A stretch of DNA of 64,000 nucleotides from Bacilli bacterium (GCA_050949315.1 JBMNFL010000001.1:800001-864000); one strand, 5' to 3'; positions 52,400 to 62,349 are shown, numbered from the stretch's first letter. A program made the numbers and translations. Notes: generated by a model from the sequence alone, not told the origin.

Positions 52400-53167
52400 A
52401 TGGCAAGACAACTTGGTCTTTCCAAAATAAGTGAGGTGATAGGTATTAAAACAAGTATTATAGCTAAGTTCCAAGCACTGATCTTACGTAGAGTGTTTGT
52501 AACTAGAGCACTAGCAATAGTCTCTGGCATACTTGGTTTAACAATCGCCCTAACTTACTATGGAATAAACGTTGGAAACTTTGTCATCAGTGTTGAAGGG
52601 AATTATGTTGCTTCAATTGCTCTAACGGTCGATGAGAATAAAGAAGATCTCAGATCGACTCTGATTGCGGATAATCAAAGAGACATACTCGACGCCGATT
52701 ATTCCTTTATCCCAAGTACCGTAACCGAGGGATTAGGCAACAAATACTCCGAAAGCGCTCGCTACTACGCCTATTCGTTCTATCTAGTGAACGTAGGGAC
52801 AGTAGCCGTTAACTACACGATGGAATTCAATCTAGTAAGAGCTAATAAGCAACTAGACTCCATCCTAAGAGTGATGATAGTTAAAGATGAACAAGAAACA
52901 ATTTACGCCAAGGCCAGAGAAACCGAAAGCCATTATGGCGAACCGGAACCCGTAATTGTTGGACGGGCCGACAACATCATCGGTTATACAACCCCCTTCA
53001 TTGAAGATCAAACTAAAGCAATTATTCGCGAAACCTACTATGATTTTCAAGAAAATGAATCCCATCGTTATACAGTGGTCATGTGGTTGGATGGCTGGGA
53101 TGCTGAACAAGTAGACGAGATGAAAGGTGCCGCCTTACAAACGGAAATCAAATTCACAATTTTGTAA
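52400..53167 (+). CDS. Membrane-anchored exported protein, probable fibre/pilus accessory subunit
   Basis: One TM then beta-rich domain ending YTVVMWLDGWD..; under the riboswitch. Confidence 0.6.
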   Translation: MARQLGLSKISEVIGIKTSIIAKFQALILRRVFVTRALAIVSGILGLTIALTYYGINVGNFVISVEGNYVASIALTVDENKEDLRSTLIADNQRDILDADYSFIPSTVTEGLGNKYSESARYYAYSFYLVNVGTVAVNYTMEFNLVRANKQLDSILRVMIVKDEQETIYAKARETESHYGEPEPVIVGRADNIIGYTTPFIEDQTKAIIRETYYDFQENESHRYTVVMWLDGWDAEQVDEMKGAALQTEIKFTIL

Positions 53168-53189
53168 ATGAAAGGAAAAGGAAAAAATT

Positions 53190-53969
53190 ATGAAACTATC
53201 TAAAAAATTATTTGCAGCCGCTGCCACATTAGGCTTAGCTGTCGCTGCCACTGTCGGGTCGACTTATGCTTGGTTCTCTATGAACACAACTGTTACTGCT
53301 ACAGGTATGCAGGTAACTGCAAAGTCCGATAACACATTCTTGCTCATCAGTGCAACTAATACAACAGCAGCTAATATTCAAACTGAAGGTGCAATAACTG
53401 TTGCATTGACCGTAACCGATGAAGAATCTAAAGTATACCCATCAAAACCGATGGAAGAGAGTGAAGTTGGCGCAGGCAATTTGTTTGAAACCGGTACTGC
53501 TGTAACCGATACAGCAACCGCTGCTGTTCCTGCAAACTGGTACACTGCAAATAGTTCTGATCCTGCATCAAGTACAATGGATACAAACAGTGCAAATCCT
53601 TTGGGATCATTTGCAGGTTATGTTATCACAAAAACAGTATATCTTACTGTAGCAGAGGGAGCAAATGATGTTAATAATCTCAAAGTTACTCCCACTATTA
53701 CAGCAAAGGACAGCAAAACAATCGATGCAGCTAAAATCCTTGTTATAACAAGCGATGGTGGTTTCGCAACGTTGACATCCACAATGAGTGGTACTAGCAT
53801 AGATATTAAAGGTGTTAATACAAACCTGTCTGATGAAACCGTTCTTACTGTAAACATTTACATATACTATGACGGAAGCGATGCATCTGTTAATACAAAC
53901 AATGTGGCAAATCTTGACGGTGCAACCATAGACCTCGCATTTAATGTTGATGCTGTTCCTGCTACTTGA
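53190..53969 (+). CDS. Secreted protein with SipW-class signal peptide (TasA/CalY-like fibre subunit)
   Basis: Hydrophobic leader ending GSTYAWF; Thr/Ala/Val-rich beta body ending IYIYYDGSD..IDLAFNV. Confidence 0.7.
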   Translation: MKLSKKLFAAAATLGLAVAATVGSTYAWFSMNTTVTATGMQVTAKSDNTFLLISATNTTAANIQTEGAITVALTVTDEESKVYPSKPMEESEVGAGNLFETGTAVTDTATAAVPANWYTANSSDPASSTMDTNSANPLGSFAGYVITKTVYLTVAEGANDVNNLKVTPTITAKDSKTIDAAKILVITSDGGFATLTSTMSGTSIDIKGVNTNLSDETVLTVNIYIYYDGSDASVNTNNVANLDGATIDLAFNVDAVPAT

Positions 53970-54154
53970 TTTAGAAAAACAAAATATTACATCATACTAA
54001 GTTGTTGACATAAATCTCAAAACCACATATCTTAACTCCACCCCGTGCTTGTAGTAACAGGCACGGGGTAATTTTTATGCAAACGATAGATCCAAACTGG
54101 GCCACGGAAAACGATGGGTGCATGACATACAACAAAGTGACACCGACACCAACG

Positions 54155-55491
54155 GATAGAGTACAATAAAGTTCGCAATTTCGAGAAGGTATAGAAAAGC
54201 CATTGGGACTCCTTTAAAATGAATGGTGTCAAGACATTCAAAAAGGAGTTGGTCCCAATGACTCAAGGAAAGAATAACACAGATCTTACGGAATTGCTAC
54301 TGAAATGTATGGCGGAGCCCGACCCGATGCTCAGTATGCTGGAATGGCTCTGCGCTCAACTGATGGAGGCGGAGGTTTCCGGCCTTGTGGGGGCGGAAAA
54401 GAATGCGCACAATCCGTCTCGAAGTGACTACCGCTGCGGATATCGTCCCCGGAGGCTGGATACTCGCGTAGGGACGATGTATCTCATGGTGCCAAAGCTG
54501 CGCAGCCATGGATATATCCCGTTCTTTGTCACTGAACGCAAACGCAGCGAGGCGGCGCTGGTACAGGTTATTCAGGAGGCATTCGTGCAGGGCGTGTCCA
54601 CACGGAAGATGGAAAAGTTGGCTCACAGTCTGGGGATAGAGAACCTCTCCCGCAGTCAGGTCAGTGAGATGACAAAAGGGCTCAATGAACAGGTACAGGA
54701 ATTTCGCAACCGTTCTCTGACGGATACTCGTTATCCTGTCATTTGGACGGATGCCCTGTACGAAAAAGTCCGTATGGATGGCCGTGTCGTCAGCATGGCG
54801 GTGATGGTTGTCTGCGGCGTCAACGAGCAAGGGCACAGGGACATTCTCGCCGTGGAGCCGATGCTGGACGAATCCAAAGAGAGCTATTCCCAGTTGTTTC
54901 AAAGTCTTTTGGATCGCGGCTTGAAAACACCGCTGCTGGTGGTTTCCGATGCGAACAAAGGGCTGATTGCCGCCATCCGAGAAAGTTTTCCCGGCGCATC
55001 CTGGCAACGCTGCAAAGTGCATTTCATGCGAAATATTCTGGCCCATATACCGCAGAAAGAAAAAGAATCCTTTGCGGTCCAACTGAAAGAAATCTGGCTG
55101 GCGCCTTCCGTCCAATTAGCGCGACAGCGCGCAAAACAGTTGTCGGAGCAATATGGGAAGCGGTTTCCCAAAGCAATCGAGCTTCTGGAAGACGGGCTGG
55201 AGGACTCACTGGCTTTCTATGCATTCCCCGAGCTTGATGCCCGTAAAATCTCATCGACCAATATGCTGGAACGGCTGAACAAGGAAATCCGGCGCAGAAC
55301 CAACGTCGTCGGGATATTCCCAAACAAAGATTCCTATCTGCGGTTGGTTACAACATATCTCATGGAATACGCTGAAGACTGGTCCGTTTCCAGAGCATAT
55401 TTGAATCCCAAATCGATTCAGACACTTCTGCTAAGCGCAGCTTAATTCATTTCGTGGAGTCCCCAAATTGCGAACTTCTCTTGACATAGCC
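54155..55491 (+). mobile_element. IS256-family insertion sequence
   Basis: 27-bp imperfect terminal IRs sharing AAGTTCGCAATTT; 8-bp target duplication CACCAACG at 54147-54154 and 55492-55499. Confidence 0.93.
54258..55445 (+). CDS. IS256-family (Mutator) transposase
   Basis: GVSTRK, WTDA, VVSDA, WQRCKVHFMRN, STNMLERLNKEIRRRT. Confidence 0.96.
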   Translation: MTQGKNNTDLTELLLKCMAEPDPMLSMLEWLCAQLMEAEVSGLVGAEKNAHNPSRSDYRCGYRPRRLDTRVGTMYLMVPKLRSHGYIPFFVTERKRSEAALVQVIQEAFVQGVSTRKMEKLAHSLGIENLSRSQVSEMTKGLNEQVQEFRNRSLTDTRYPVIWTDALYEKVRMDGRVVSMAVMVVCGVNEQGHRDILAVEPMLDESKESYSQLFQSLLDRGLKTPLLVVSDANKGLIAAIRESFPGASWQRCKVHFMRNILAHIPQKEKESFAVQLKEIWLAPSVQLARQRAKQLSEQYGKRFPKAIELLEDGLEDSLAFYAFPELDARKISSTNMLERLNKEIRRRTNVVGIFPNKDSYLRLVTTYLMEYAEDWSVSRAYLNPKSIQTLLLSAA

Positions 55492-55568
55492 CACCAACGT
55501 TTGCCCATAAATCGTTTTCTTGATACAGGAATCGTTTTCACATAGGCATAATCGTTTTCTTATACAAA

Positions 55569-55630
55569 AACCGCTTAAGATCATAGGTGCAGTAACATGC
55601 ATTCTAATAGTCTTAAGCGGCTTTTTTATT
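55569..55630 (+). terminator. Hairpin with T tract
   Basis: ccgcttaaga...tcttaagcgg-cttttttattt. Confidence 0.5.
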
Positions 55631-56006
55631 TATTTTAACCCTGAGCTCATCAGGCAGATTTGAAATACCTTGGAACAAAGTTGTATAATTTCAAACGTTC
55701 GTTGAATAAAACAACAGTAAGGGTTAGGACACCATCGCCTCCGTTGGCACGATAGCATCAGCTTGATGTCGGGTATGTATTTTTCATTTTTTCCGTTCTC
55801 GGGAACAGGTCAATAATAGGGTTTGAGTCTCGCCGCCTCCGTTGTGTTTCCTGCACTACTTTGATACAATGCACCATTTTCTTCTGTCGGCGAGCTTTCG
55901 TTAACGAGCAGGGTATCGTTAACGAGCACGTAGGATGAAAGAGCTGTCGTATCAGAGCACTCCATGTCTGTCCGAAAATTTTAGTTTTTTTCCCATGTTG
56001 AGTAAA

Positions 56007-56306
56007 TCACGCATCATTATTTATGATTGCCTCTAGCTGAGGTAAGCTCCCACAAAGATCTGGGTCATAGTGTTGGTAAATCAATCTCGTAATCTGGGAA
56101 GGTTCTATTCCCGTTCTTAAAATTTTCAGCATGACAGTGCTGAAATCATCACGGTTCCCACCGTCAATTAAAGCAGCTTCATCTCCCTCAATAATTAGAT
56201 AGGGATTGCAGTGAAGACCTCTGTTTTCATCAGAGTAACCGACCCAGTAAACACCCTCGGCAATATCTACCGGTTCTTTTTCTAAAGATTCCATTTTAAT
56301 TTTCAC
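56007..56306 (-). pseudogene. 3'-truncated MBL-fold protein (ODP/FprA N-terminal-like)
   Basis: GVYWVG, CNPYLI, LIDGG, QHYDPDLCGS, then stops at 99 aa. Confidence 0.75.
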
Positions 56307-56594
56307 GGTTTATTCCTCCTTGTTGGCAATATAACTTTTCATATCTTCTATAACTAAAGCATCCAACCTGACCACACAACCTCAACTTTTTCAAAAAACA
56401 TCTAAATCGACCACTCGCGAACCCATGTTATCCAAACTGACCACTCGTCAAACACCGACATCTAAATCGCTCTGTCACGTTCAAAATCATGCCTTTGGAC
56501 TTGTTCCCACGAACCGATATTTTCACAAATTTTACACATTGTATTTTAACTCTCAAACCTCGAAAAGCCCAATATTACTGGACTTTTGACACAC

Positions 56595-56636
56595 TCACTT
56601 CTCAACCCTTGACATCAATACCACCGTCTCAACGTG
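56595..56636 (-). pseudogene. 3'-terminal fragment of 23S rRNA m5U methyltransferase (rlmD/rumA)
   Basis: Reads HVETVVLMSRVEK*, the typical RlmD C-terminus. Confidence 0.75.
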
Positions 56637-57169
56637 GAACGAGAGCATCAGGTTGATGTCTGGTATGTATTCTTCGTTTTGTCCGTTCTCGGGAACAGGT
56701 CAATAGTGGTTTTTATGGGTACTCTCTGTTCAAGGGAACAGGTCAATGGTTTTTATCCGTTCGGGGGAACAAGTCGATACATGGGGTTTAATTCCTGTCA
56801 TCTCCGGTGGCAAAGGTACTATCTATTAATAAAATGCACCGCTCAAATCAAATCGTTATAAGATGCACCCCTTTTGCACACCCTATTTTCAGCCGCCCTG
56901 ATGTTTGTTATCCGTTATTCGCAGAATACCTCAATGGTACGCAGTTGAAAATCAATATTTTATAAACTTAGCTCCTGGAACGCCACAAATGCTGCATTTT
57001 TCCGGGACTAATTTTTCTATATTTCCGCAGACAGGGCAGAGGAAGTAGAAAACTTCTTCTGTATGTCAAAGACTCTCTAATGCATCCTGATAAAGTCCGG
57101 CATGAACCTCTTCCGCTTTCAAAGCAAAGGTAAAGGAGAAAATTCCTACAATAGACTATAACACTTCAG

Positions 57170-60100
57170 TCAAACCTCCTCGCTTTTTTCTATTATTTGA
57201 ACAAACAGTTCGGCGATTTGCGGGTCGAACTGTGTTCCTGATCCATTCTTAATAACATCAAGAGCAGCCTGTTTGCGATCCTTTAAGGGAAAATCGCCTC
57301 TGTTAAGTACGCGGTCGTAGGTTTCAGTAACAGCAATGATCCTTGACAACAGAGGAATTTGCTCTCCCTTAAGCCCTCTCGGATATCCCTTTCCATCCCA
57401 TCTTTCATGATGGCCATAAACGTATTCTGCCAGGTCGAGTGTGTCATCAAAAAGATTCAAAATTCGGTATCCAACCACAGAATGCTGCTGCATTTTTTCA
57501 CGCTCATCAGCCGATAAAGTCTCCTTATTTAGGACAGCTTCATCCAGCACAATTTTACCGATATCGTGTAGATAACCCGCCCTGCTTAATTTGCTGACTT
57601 CAGTATCAGGGAGATGCAGAGCCGTGCCTAATTTTGAGCACAACTCACTTACATCAACCGAGTGCTGTTTTTCTTTTGGATTCCTCGTGTATAAAGTCTC
57701 AATAATCGTGCCAATAATTTCTTTATTGATGGACTTACGATTCATCGTTTTATCCATATACATGGCGTTTTCTGCGTTTGCCATGATCTCATCAAGCAGC
57801 TGGTCTGGGCTTCGTTTCGTATCAAGACCAAGAGCAATACTGCTCTTGATGGCCTTAACGCGGGCGTCGGCAAACCCGGATTTAATCCTGGCAAGAATTT
57901 TCTCAGCATTTTCTTTGGTTGTGTTGGGTAGAAGAATGATGAATTCGTCACCTCCGACGCGAGCGACTACATCATTCTGCCTGCAAACCTGCAGCAGTAT
58001 TTCAGACGATTTTTTAATTAGCTCGTCGCCAGCTCTATGTCCAAATATATCATTGGTCATCTTCAAACCATTGATATCAGCAAAGATGACAGATAGCGGA
58101 AGATTGTCCGGATTGTCAATTTTTGCTCGGTTGTCCTCAAAGCATTTTCTGTTGTGCAGCCCGGCCAAGGTATCGTAACAGTTCAGATACTGGATCTCAG
58201 CTTCTTTCTGTTTTCGTTCGCTTATATCCATAAAAGTTACAACAGCGCCGGTTATTTCACCGTTTTTATTCTGGGGATATGAATAATATTCCACGTCAAA
58301 AGAAGTACCGTCAGCACGCCAGAATACTTCATCCTCTACGTGGGAACCTTCCCCTTTGATAAATGCTTTGAAAATACTGCAGTCATCAATGGGGAAGGGG
58401 TTACCATCTCTGCGGGTGTGATGAATCTGCCGGTGCATATTCTTTCCTAGTAATTCTTCCTGATCACGATATCCCAGCATTTCAATACAGCTTTTATTAC
58501 AGAAAGTGCAGTTGCCATTCAAGTCAATGCCGTAAATGGCCTCTGCGGCTGTATCCAATATCAACTGAAGTTCGTCTTTACTCTCCTCCAATTGAAAATT
58601 CGCAATATGAAGCTCCTGGGTACGTTTCTGCACGTTAAACTCCAGGTTTTCTATAAACGATTGCATTTTGTCGGCAACCTTATTAAAGCTGTTTGATATC
58701 TGGCCAATTTCGTCATTTCGGATAATATCAACTCTTTTAGACAGGTTGCCGGAAGATAATTCATCAGATACCTGCAACAGGTTTTTCATTGGCCTTTTGC
58801 TTTTCAAAAACTCGAGCGCGTCTTCTTCATTAAGCGGCTTGCTGAACAGATATCCCTGTATCCTATCACAGTTGTGTTCTTGCAAATACTGTAACTGGCA
58901 TTCGTGTTCGACCCCTTCAGCAATTGTGCAGTGCCCAAGCTTATGTGACATCGAAATAATATCGCTTGTTATTGCTTTACTCAGGTCTGCATCTAACAAC
59001 TTATCAATAAAATACTTGTCAATTTTTAAGCAGTCGACGCTCAGCTCTTTTTCTCTGGCTAGGGAGGAATAACCAGTTCCAAAGTCATCTATAGCTATGT
59101 GAAGTCCGGTTTCCCTCAGTTTCTCGATAATGCTATTAACGGCTTCATAATCGGAGGCAAAGACCGATTCGGTAATCTCAATGCCAATATTCCGGGGATT
59201 AACCTGCATCTCGCTCATTAATTCAAACAGCCTGCTTGTAAAATCAGGTTTTAATAGCTGAATAGCAGAAATATTGATTGAAACGCCGACTTCATCATAT
59301 CCACTCGCATTAAGCTTATTAAGGAAATGAAACGCGTTGACAATCACTTTTTCACCAATCGGTATAATGAGCTTTGTCTCTTCGGCAATCGGTATAAATT
59401 CAACCGGTGACACCAGTCCGTGTTTTTCTGTTTTTAACCGTGCTAGCGCTTCAAACCCACAAACAGCATTTGTCTGTAGCTCAACAATCGGTTGGTATTG
59501 CAAAAACAACTCATCATTAGTGCTTTCAAGAACTACGCCCGTAAGTGCTTCCCGGATGTCTCTTTCGCGGTTTATCTCAGCCTCCAGTTCCTCATTATAA
59601 AAACAAGCCTCAAAGTCTTTTTGTGAAACAGCAATAGATCTTTCTGACGCAATCAAGAGCTTTCTTAAGAGTAAATCCACATCGATTTCATCAACGTCCT
59701 GCTCAATTTCGAATATCCCAATCCCGCCGCCTATTCGTTCAGTTGCAAATAAGGCTTCTAATGCTTCTGCTATGATATCGCTAAATTCAACCAGGTCGTT
59801 CTTGTCTTTGTAATCAACAAGATAGAAGACAAACCGATTTTCATAGGTTTGGAACAGTAAGCGGGTATCGGAGCAATGCTGACTCAGTGTTTCAGCAGCC
59901 ATTTTTATAAGGTTCTGTGTATAGTGAAACCCATAATTAGCGGTTAATAACTCAACTGTACTCAAATTGATACTGATGACTGCTCTTTTTAATCCATCCT
60001 TTTTCTTGATATCATTATTCAGAAGCGCATCCAAATAATCACGATTATACAAGCCTGTCCATTTGTCATGCTCATTTATGTATCTGAGATGGTTCTCCAT

Positions 60101-61675
60101 CTCTTTTCTGTCTGAGATATCGAGGATTATTCCTTCCAGCGCTTCAACTTCACCCTCATCATTATATATTCCTTGTCCCATCTCAAGAACCCATTTTCTT
60201 TTGCCGCTTGCAGTGATAATCTCATACTCATATCTAAACGGCTGCCCTTTTTCAAGGATTCGCTTCAATTCGTTCCACAATGCTTCGCGGTATTCAGGGG
60301 AAATGAGATCATTATACGATAGGTCTCTATTGTTTAACAAGCTTTCGGATTTGTATCCAGTCAGATCATAGCAACCTTTTGAAACGTACTGCATCGTCCA
60401 GTCATGATCATATTTGCACTTGTAAGCCAAGCCCGGTAGGTGAGACATTAGAATAGATTCTCTCCGTTCGTTCTCCCTCAATGCAAACTCAAAAAGTTTG
60501 CGTGGCGTAATGTCACGGGAGGAGCCTTGAAATCCCACCGCATTACCATTATCATCGCGGATGAAAGAAATACTCAACTCCAGCCAGATAACGGTGCCGT
60601 CTGCTTTATAATGTTCAACTTCGATCGTCCGCGACCTGTTTTTATCAATTTCGGGATCTTTTTCTTTTTCTAACTCTTCATAAAAAATCGATTGGATTTT
60701 ATGCAACGTTTGTGCTGGAAATTTCTCTTCCATCTTCCTATTCATATGCTCTTCGATGGATTCTCCAAGGAGTTTTTCAACAGAGGGACTTACATACGTC
60801 GTTTTCAGGGTTAAATCCATCTGCCAGACAACGTCTGACATATTTTCTGTGATGCTTCGATATTTCTTTTCGCTTTCAATCAGCGCAGCCATAGCGGCTT
60901 TTTGGTTGGTAATGTCCTGAATAAGACACATATGATTAAGCTTGTTTTCCGCTAAAGGAGCAATAGACGCAACGACCATATATACCCATGCAACCGATCC
61001 ATCGGGTTTAACATATCGCTTCTCCATTGAATAGCTTTTAATTTCACCGGCCTGCAGTTTATTAAAATTTTCTATATCTTCATCCAGGTCGTCCGGATAT
61101 GTAATCTTTGCCCAGCCTAAATTAATGAGCTCTTCTTTTGTTCTGCCTGTAATTTGTTCATATGCAGAGTTTATTTTTATAATATCCTTGTCAGAGTGTT
61201 TAGGATCACGGCTGTGAGAAATTGCTATGCCAATAGGGGCCTCTTCAAAAAGCCTATCAAAGGCAAGAGTGTGTTCGTCAATTTTCTGCGATAGTGCTTG
61301 CTGAGCTCGCATCAGTGCTACATGAACATTGATCCTGGCTTTCAATGAATCCATATGAAGTGGCTTTCGGATATAGTCTACGGCACCAAGCTTTAAGCCC
61401 TTGATTTCATTATCCAATTCATCATAATTAGTCAATATTATGGTGCGCAGCTTCCGAAACCGCTCATCCCGATTCAATGATTCGAGAACCTGAAAACCAT
61501 TCATATTAGGCATATTGAGATCGAGTATGAGCAAGTTGATTTCATCATTCTCCGCAAGTACACGCAAAGCCTCTATACCGTCGCAAACAGTCAACACGGT
61601 ATACTCACTGAGCATGTTTTTGATGATCAATCTGTCCGACGCCGAGTCGTCAGCTACTAAAATTTTAATTAGCAT
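57170..61675 (-). CDS. REC-PAS-PAS-PAS-degenerate GGDEF-EAL-HAMP-PAS-GGDEF-HD-GYP c-di-GMP turnover protein
   Basis: ADD/LDLNMP/KP REC; YENRF degenerate site; EAL, DDFGTGYSS; RQND-GGDEF; HDIGK, HHERWDGKGYP; ggagg RBS before ATG at 61675. Confidence 0.88.
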   Translation of the reverse strand: MLIKILVADDSASDRLIIKNMLSEYTVLTVCDGIEALRVLAENDEINLLILDLNMPNMNGFQVLESLNRDERFRKLRTIILTNYDELDNEIKGLKLGAVDYIRKPLHMDSLKARINVHVALMRAQQALSQKIDEHTLAFDRLFEEAPIGIAISHSRDPKHSDKDIIKINSAYEQITGRTKEELINLGWAKITYPDDLDEDIENFNKLQAGEIKSYSMEKRYVKPDGSVAWVYMVVASIAPLAENKLNHMCLIQDITNQKAAMAALIESEKKYRSITENMSDVVWQMDLTLKTTYVSPSVEKLLGESIEEHMNRKMEEKFPAQTLHKIQSIFYEELEKEKDPEIDKNRSRTIEVEHYKADGTVIWLELSISFIRDDNGNAVGFQGSSRDITPRKLFEFALRENERRESILMSHLPGLAYKCKYDHDWTMQYVSKGCYDLTGYKSESLLNNRDLSYNDLISPEYREALWNELKRILEKGQPFRYEYEIITASGKRKWVLEMGQGIYNDEGEVEALEGIILDISDRKEMENHLRYINEHDKWTGLYNRDYLDALLNNDIKKKDGLKRAVISINLSTVELLTANYGFHYTQNLIKMAAETLSQHCSDTRLLFQTYENRFVFYLVDYKDKNDLVEFSDIIAEALEALFATERIGGGIGIFEIEQDVDEIDVDLLLRKLLIASERSIAVSQKDFEACFYNEELEAEINRERDIREALTGVVLESTNDELFLQYQPIVELQTNAVCGFEALARLKTEKHGLVSPVEFIPIAEETKLIIPIGEKVIVNAFHFLNKLNASGYDEVGVSINISAIQLLKPDFTSRLFELMSEMQVNPRNIGIEITESVFASDYEAVNSIIEKLRETGLHIAIDDFGTGYSSLAREKELSVDCLKIDKYFIDKLLDADLSKAITSDIISMSHKLGHCTIAEGVEHECQLQYLQEHNCDRIQGYLFSKPLNEEDALEFLKSKRPMKNLLQVSDELSSGNLSKRVDIIRNDEIGQISNSFNKVADKMQSFIENLEFNVQKRTQELHIANFQLEESKDELQLILDTAAEAIYGIDLNGNCTFCNKSCIEMLGYRDQEELLGKNMHRQIHHTRRDGNPFPIDDCSIFKAFIKGEGSHVEDEVFWRADGTSFDVEYYSYPQNKNGEITGAVVTFMDISERKQKEAEIQYLNCYDTLAGLHNRKCFEDNRAKIDNPDNLPLSVIFADINGLKMTNDIFGHRAGDELIKKSSEILLQVCRQNDVVARVGGDEFIILLPNTTKENAEKILARIKSGFADARVKAIKSSIALGLDTKRSPDQLLDEIMANAENAMYMDKTMNRKSINKEIIGTIIETLYTRNPKEKQHSVDVSELCSKLGTALHLPDTEVSKLSRAGYLHDIGKIVLDEAVLNKETLSADEREKMQQHSVVGYRILNLFDDTLDLAEYVYGHHERWDGKGYPRGLKGEQIPLLSRIIAVTETYDRVLNRGDFPLKDRKQAALDVIKNGSGTQFDPQIAELFVQIIEKSEEV

Positions 61676-61724
61676 TATGAATCCTCCTTCTTTAACCCAC
61701 ACCCACTCCAGGCTTTTTTTGACT

Positions 61725-62349
61725 TTATTTTAGTTCCTCAAGCAGTTTCCCAAGTAATTTAGAAAACCTGTCTTGTAATGGCACTATTTCATCTTCCTTT
61801 TCTTCATTAAAAGCTTTCTGTAATAACGCAGCTACAGCCTGCAGTGATTTAGCACCGATACTTCCGGAACTGCTCTTAACCTTATGTACGATTTGTGTAG
61901 CTTCAGTGTATCTTTTTTCACGTACTGCCGCTTCAAGCTTTTCCAAAGTATCTTGATTCTCGTTGCGGTATTCAATTAGCACCTGATTATACAATTCTTC
62001 GTTGCCGCCCATATTTTTAAAGCCTAGCTGCCGGTCAAGGACAGCTGTATCCGGTTCTATATTAGGTTCATTTTCAAGGATAATATCTTTTATGGTTTGA
62101 ATAAAGTGATCGGGATTAATGGGCTTACTGATGTAATGAAATATTCCGCTTTGCTCGCACTTGTCCCGAACACCTAAAATCACATCCGCTGTCATTGCTA
62201 TAATAGGGACTTGGCTTGAAATCGATCGGATATTCTCCGCCGCTTCATAGCCGTTCATGACAGGCATGTGCAAATCCATCAATATCAAATCGATGATGTC
62301 ACGATGCTTCTGATATAGCTCAACAGCTTCCTTTCCGTCGTTGGCAATA
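61725..62349 (-). pseudogene. 3' fragment of a hybrid histidine kinase (partial REC + Hpt)
   Basis: IANDGKEAV..ILMDLHMPVMNG..SKP REC lacking its first strand/helix; Hpt VHKVKSSSGSIGA. Confidence 0.8.

Larger units (their letters stand above)
55754..56778 (-). repeat. Cluster of rumA/rlmD-like attachment-site remnants
   Basis: 62-bp direct repeat (55754-55815, 56644-56705; 5 mismatches); five 22-bp units resembling ATTGACCTGTTCCCGAGAACGG; rlmD-like 3' end at 56595-56636. Confidence 0.7.

Noticed and set aside
55640-55668. Minus-strand CTGATGAG (hammerhead core) or tRNA 3'-end att remnant
   Set aside because: No matching GAAA or stems for a ribozyme; the tRNA-like match is too short and mis-spaced
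55899-55928. Tandem TCGTTAACGAGCA duplication
   Set aside because: Only two copies and no context supporting a function
55754-56778. CRISPR array
   Set aside because: Repeats are irregularly spaced, degenerate and in both orientations; no cas genes
56634-56861. 75-aa ORF
   Set aside because: Made up of the att-like repeat units; no RBS
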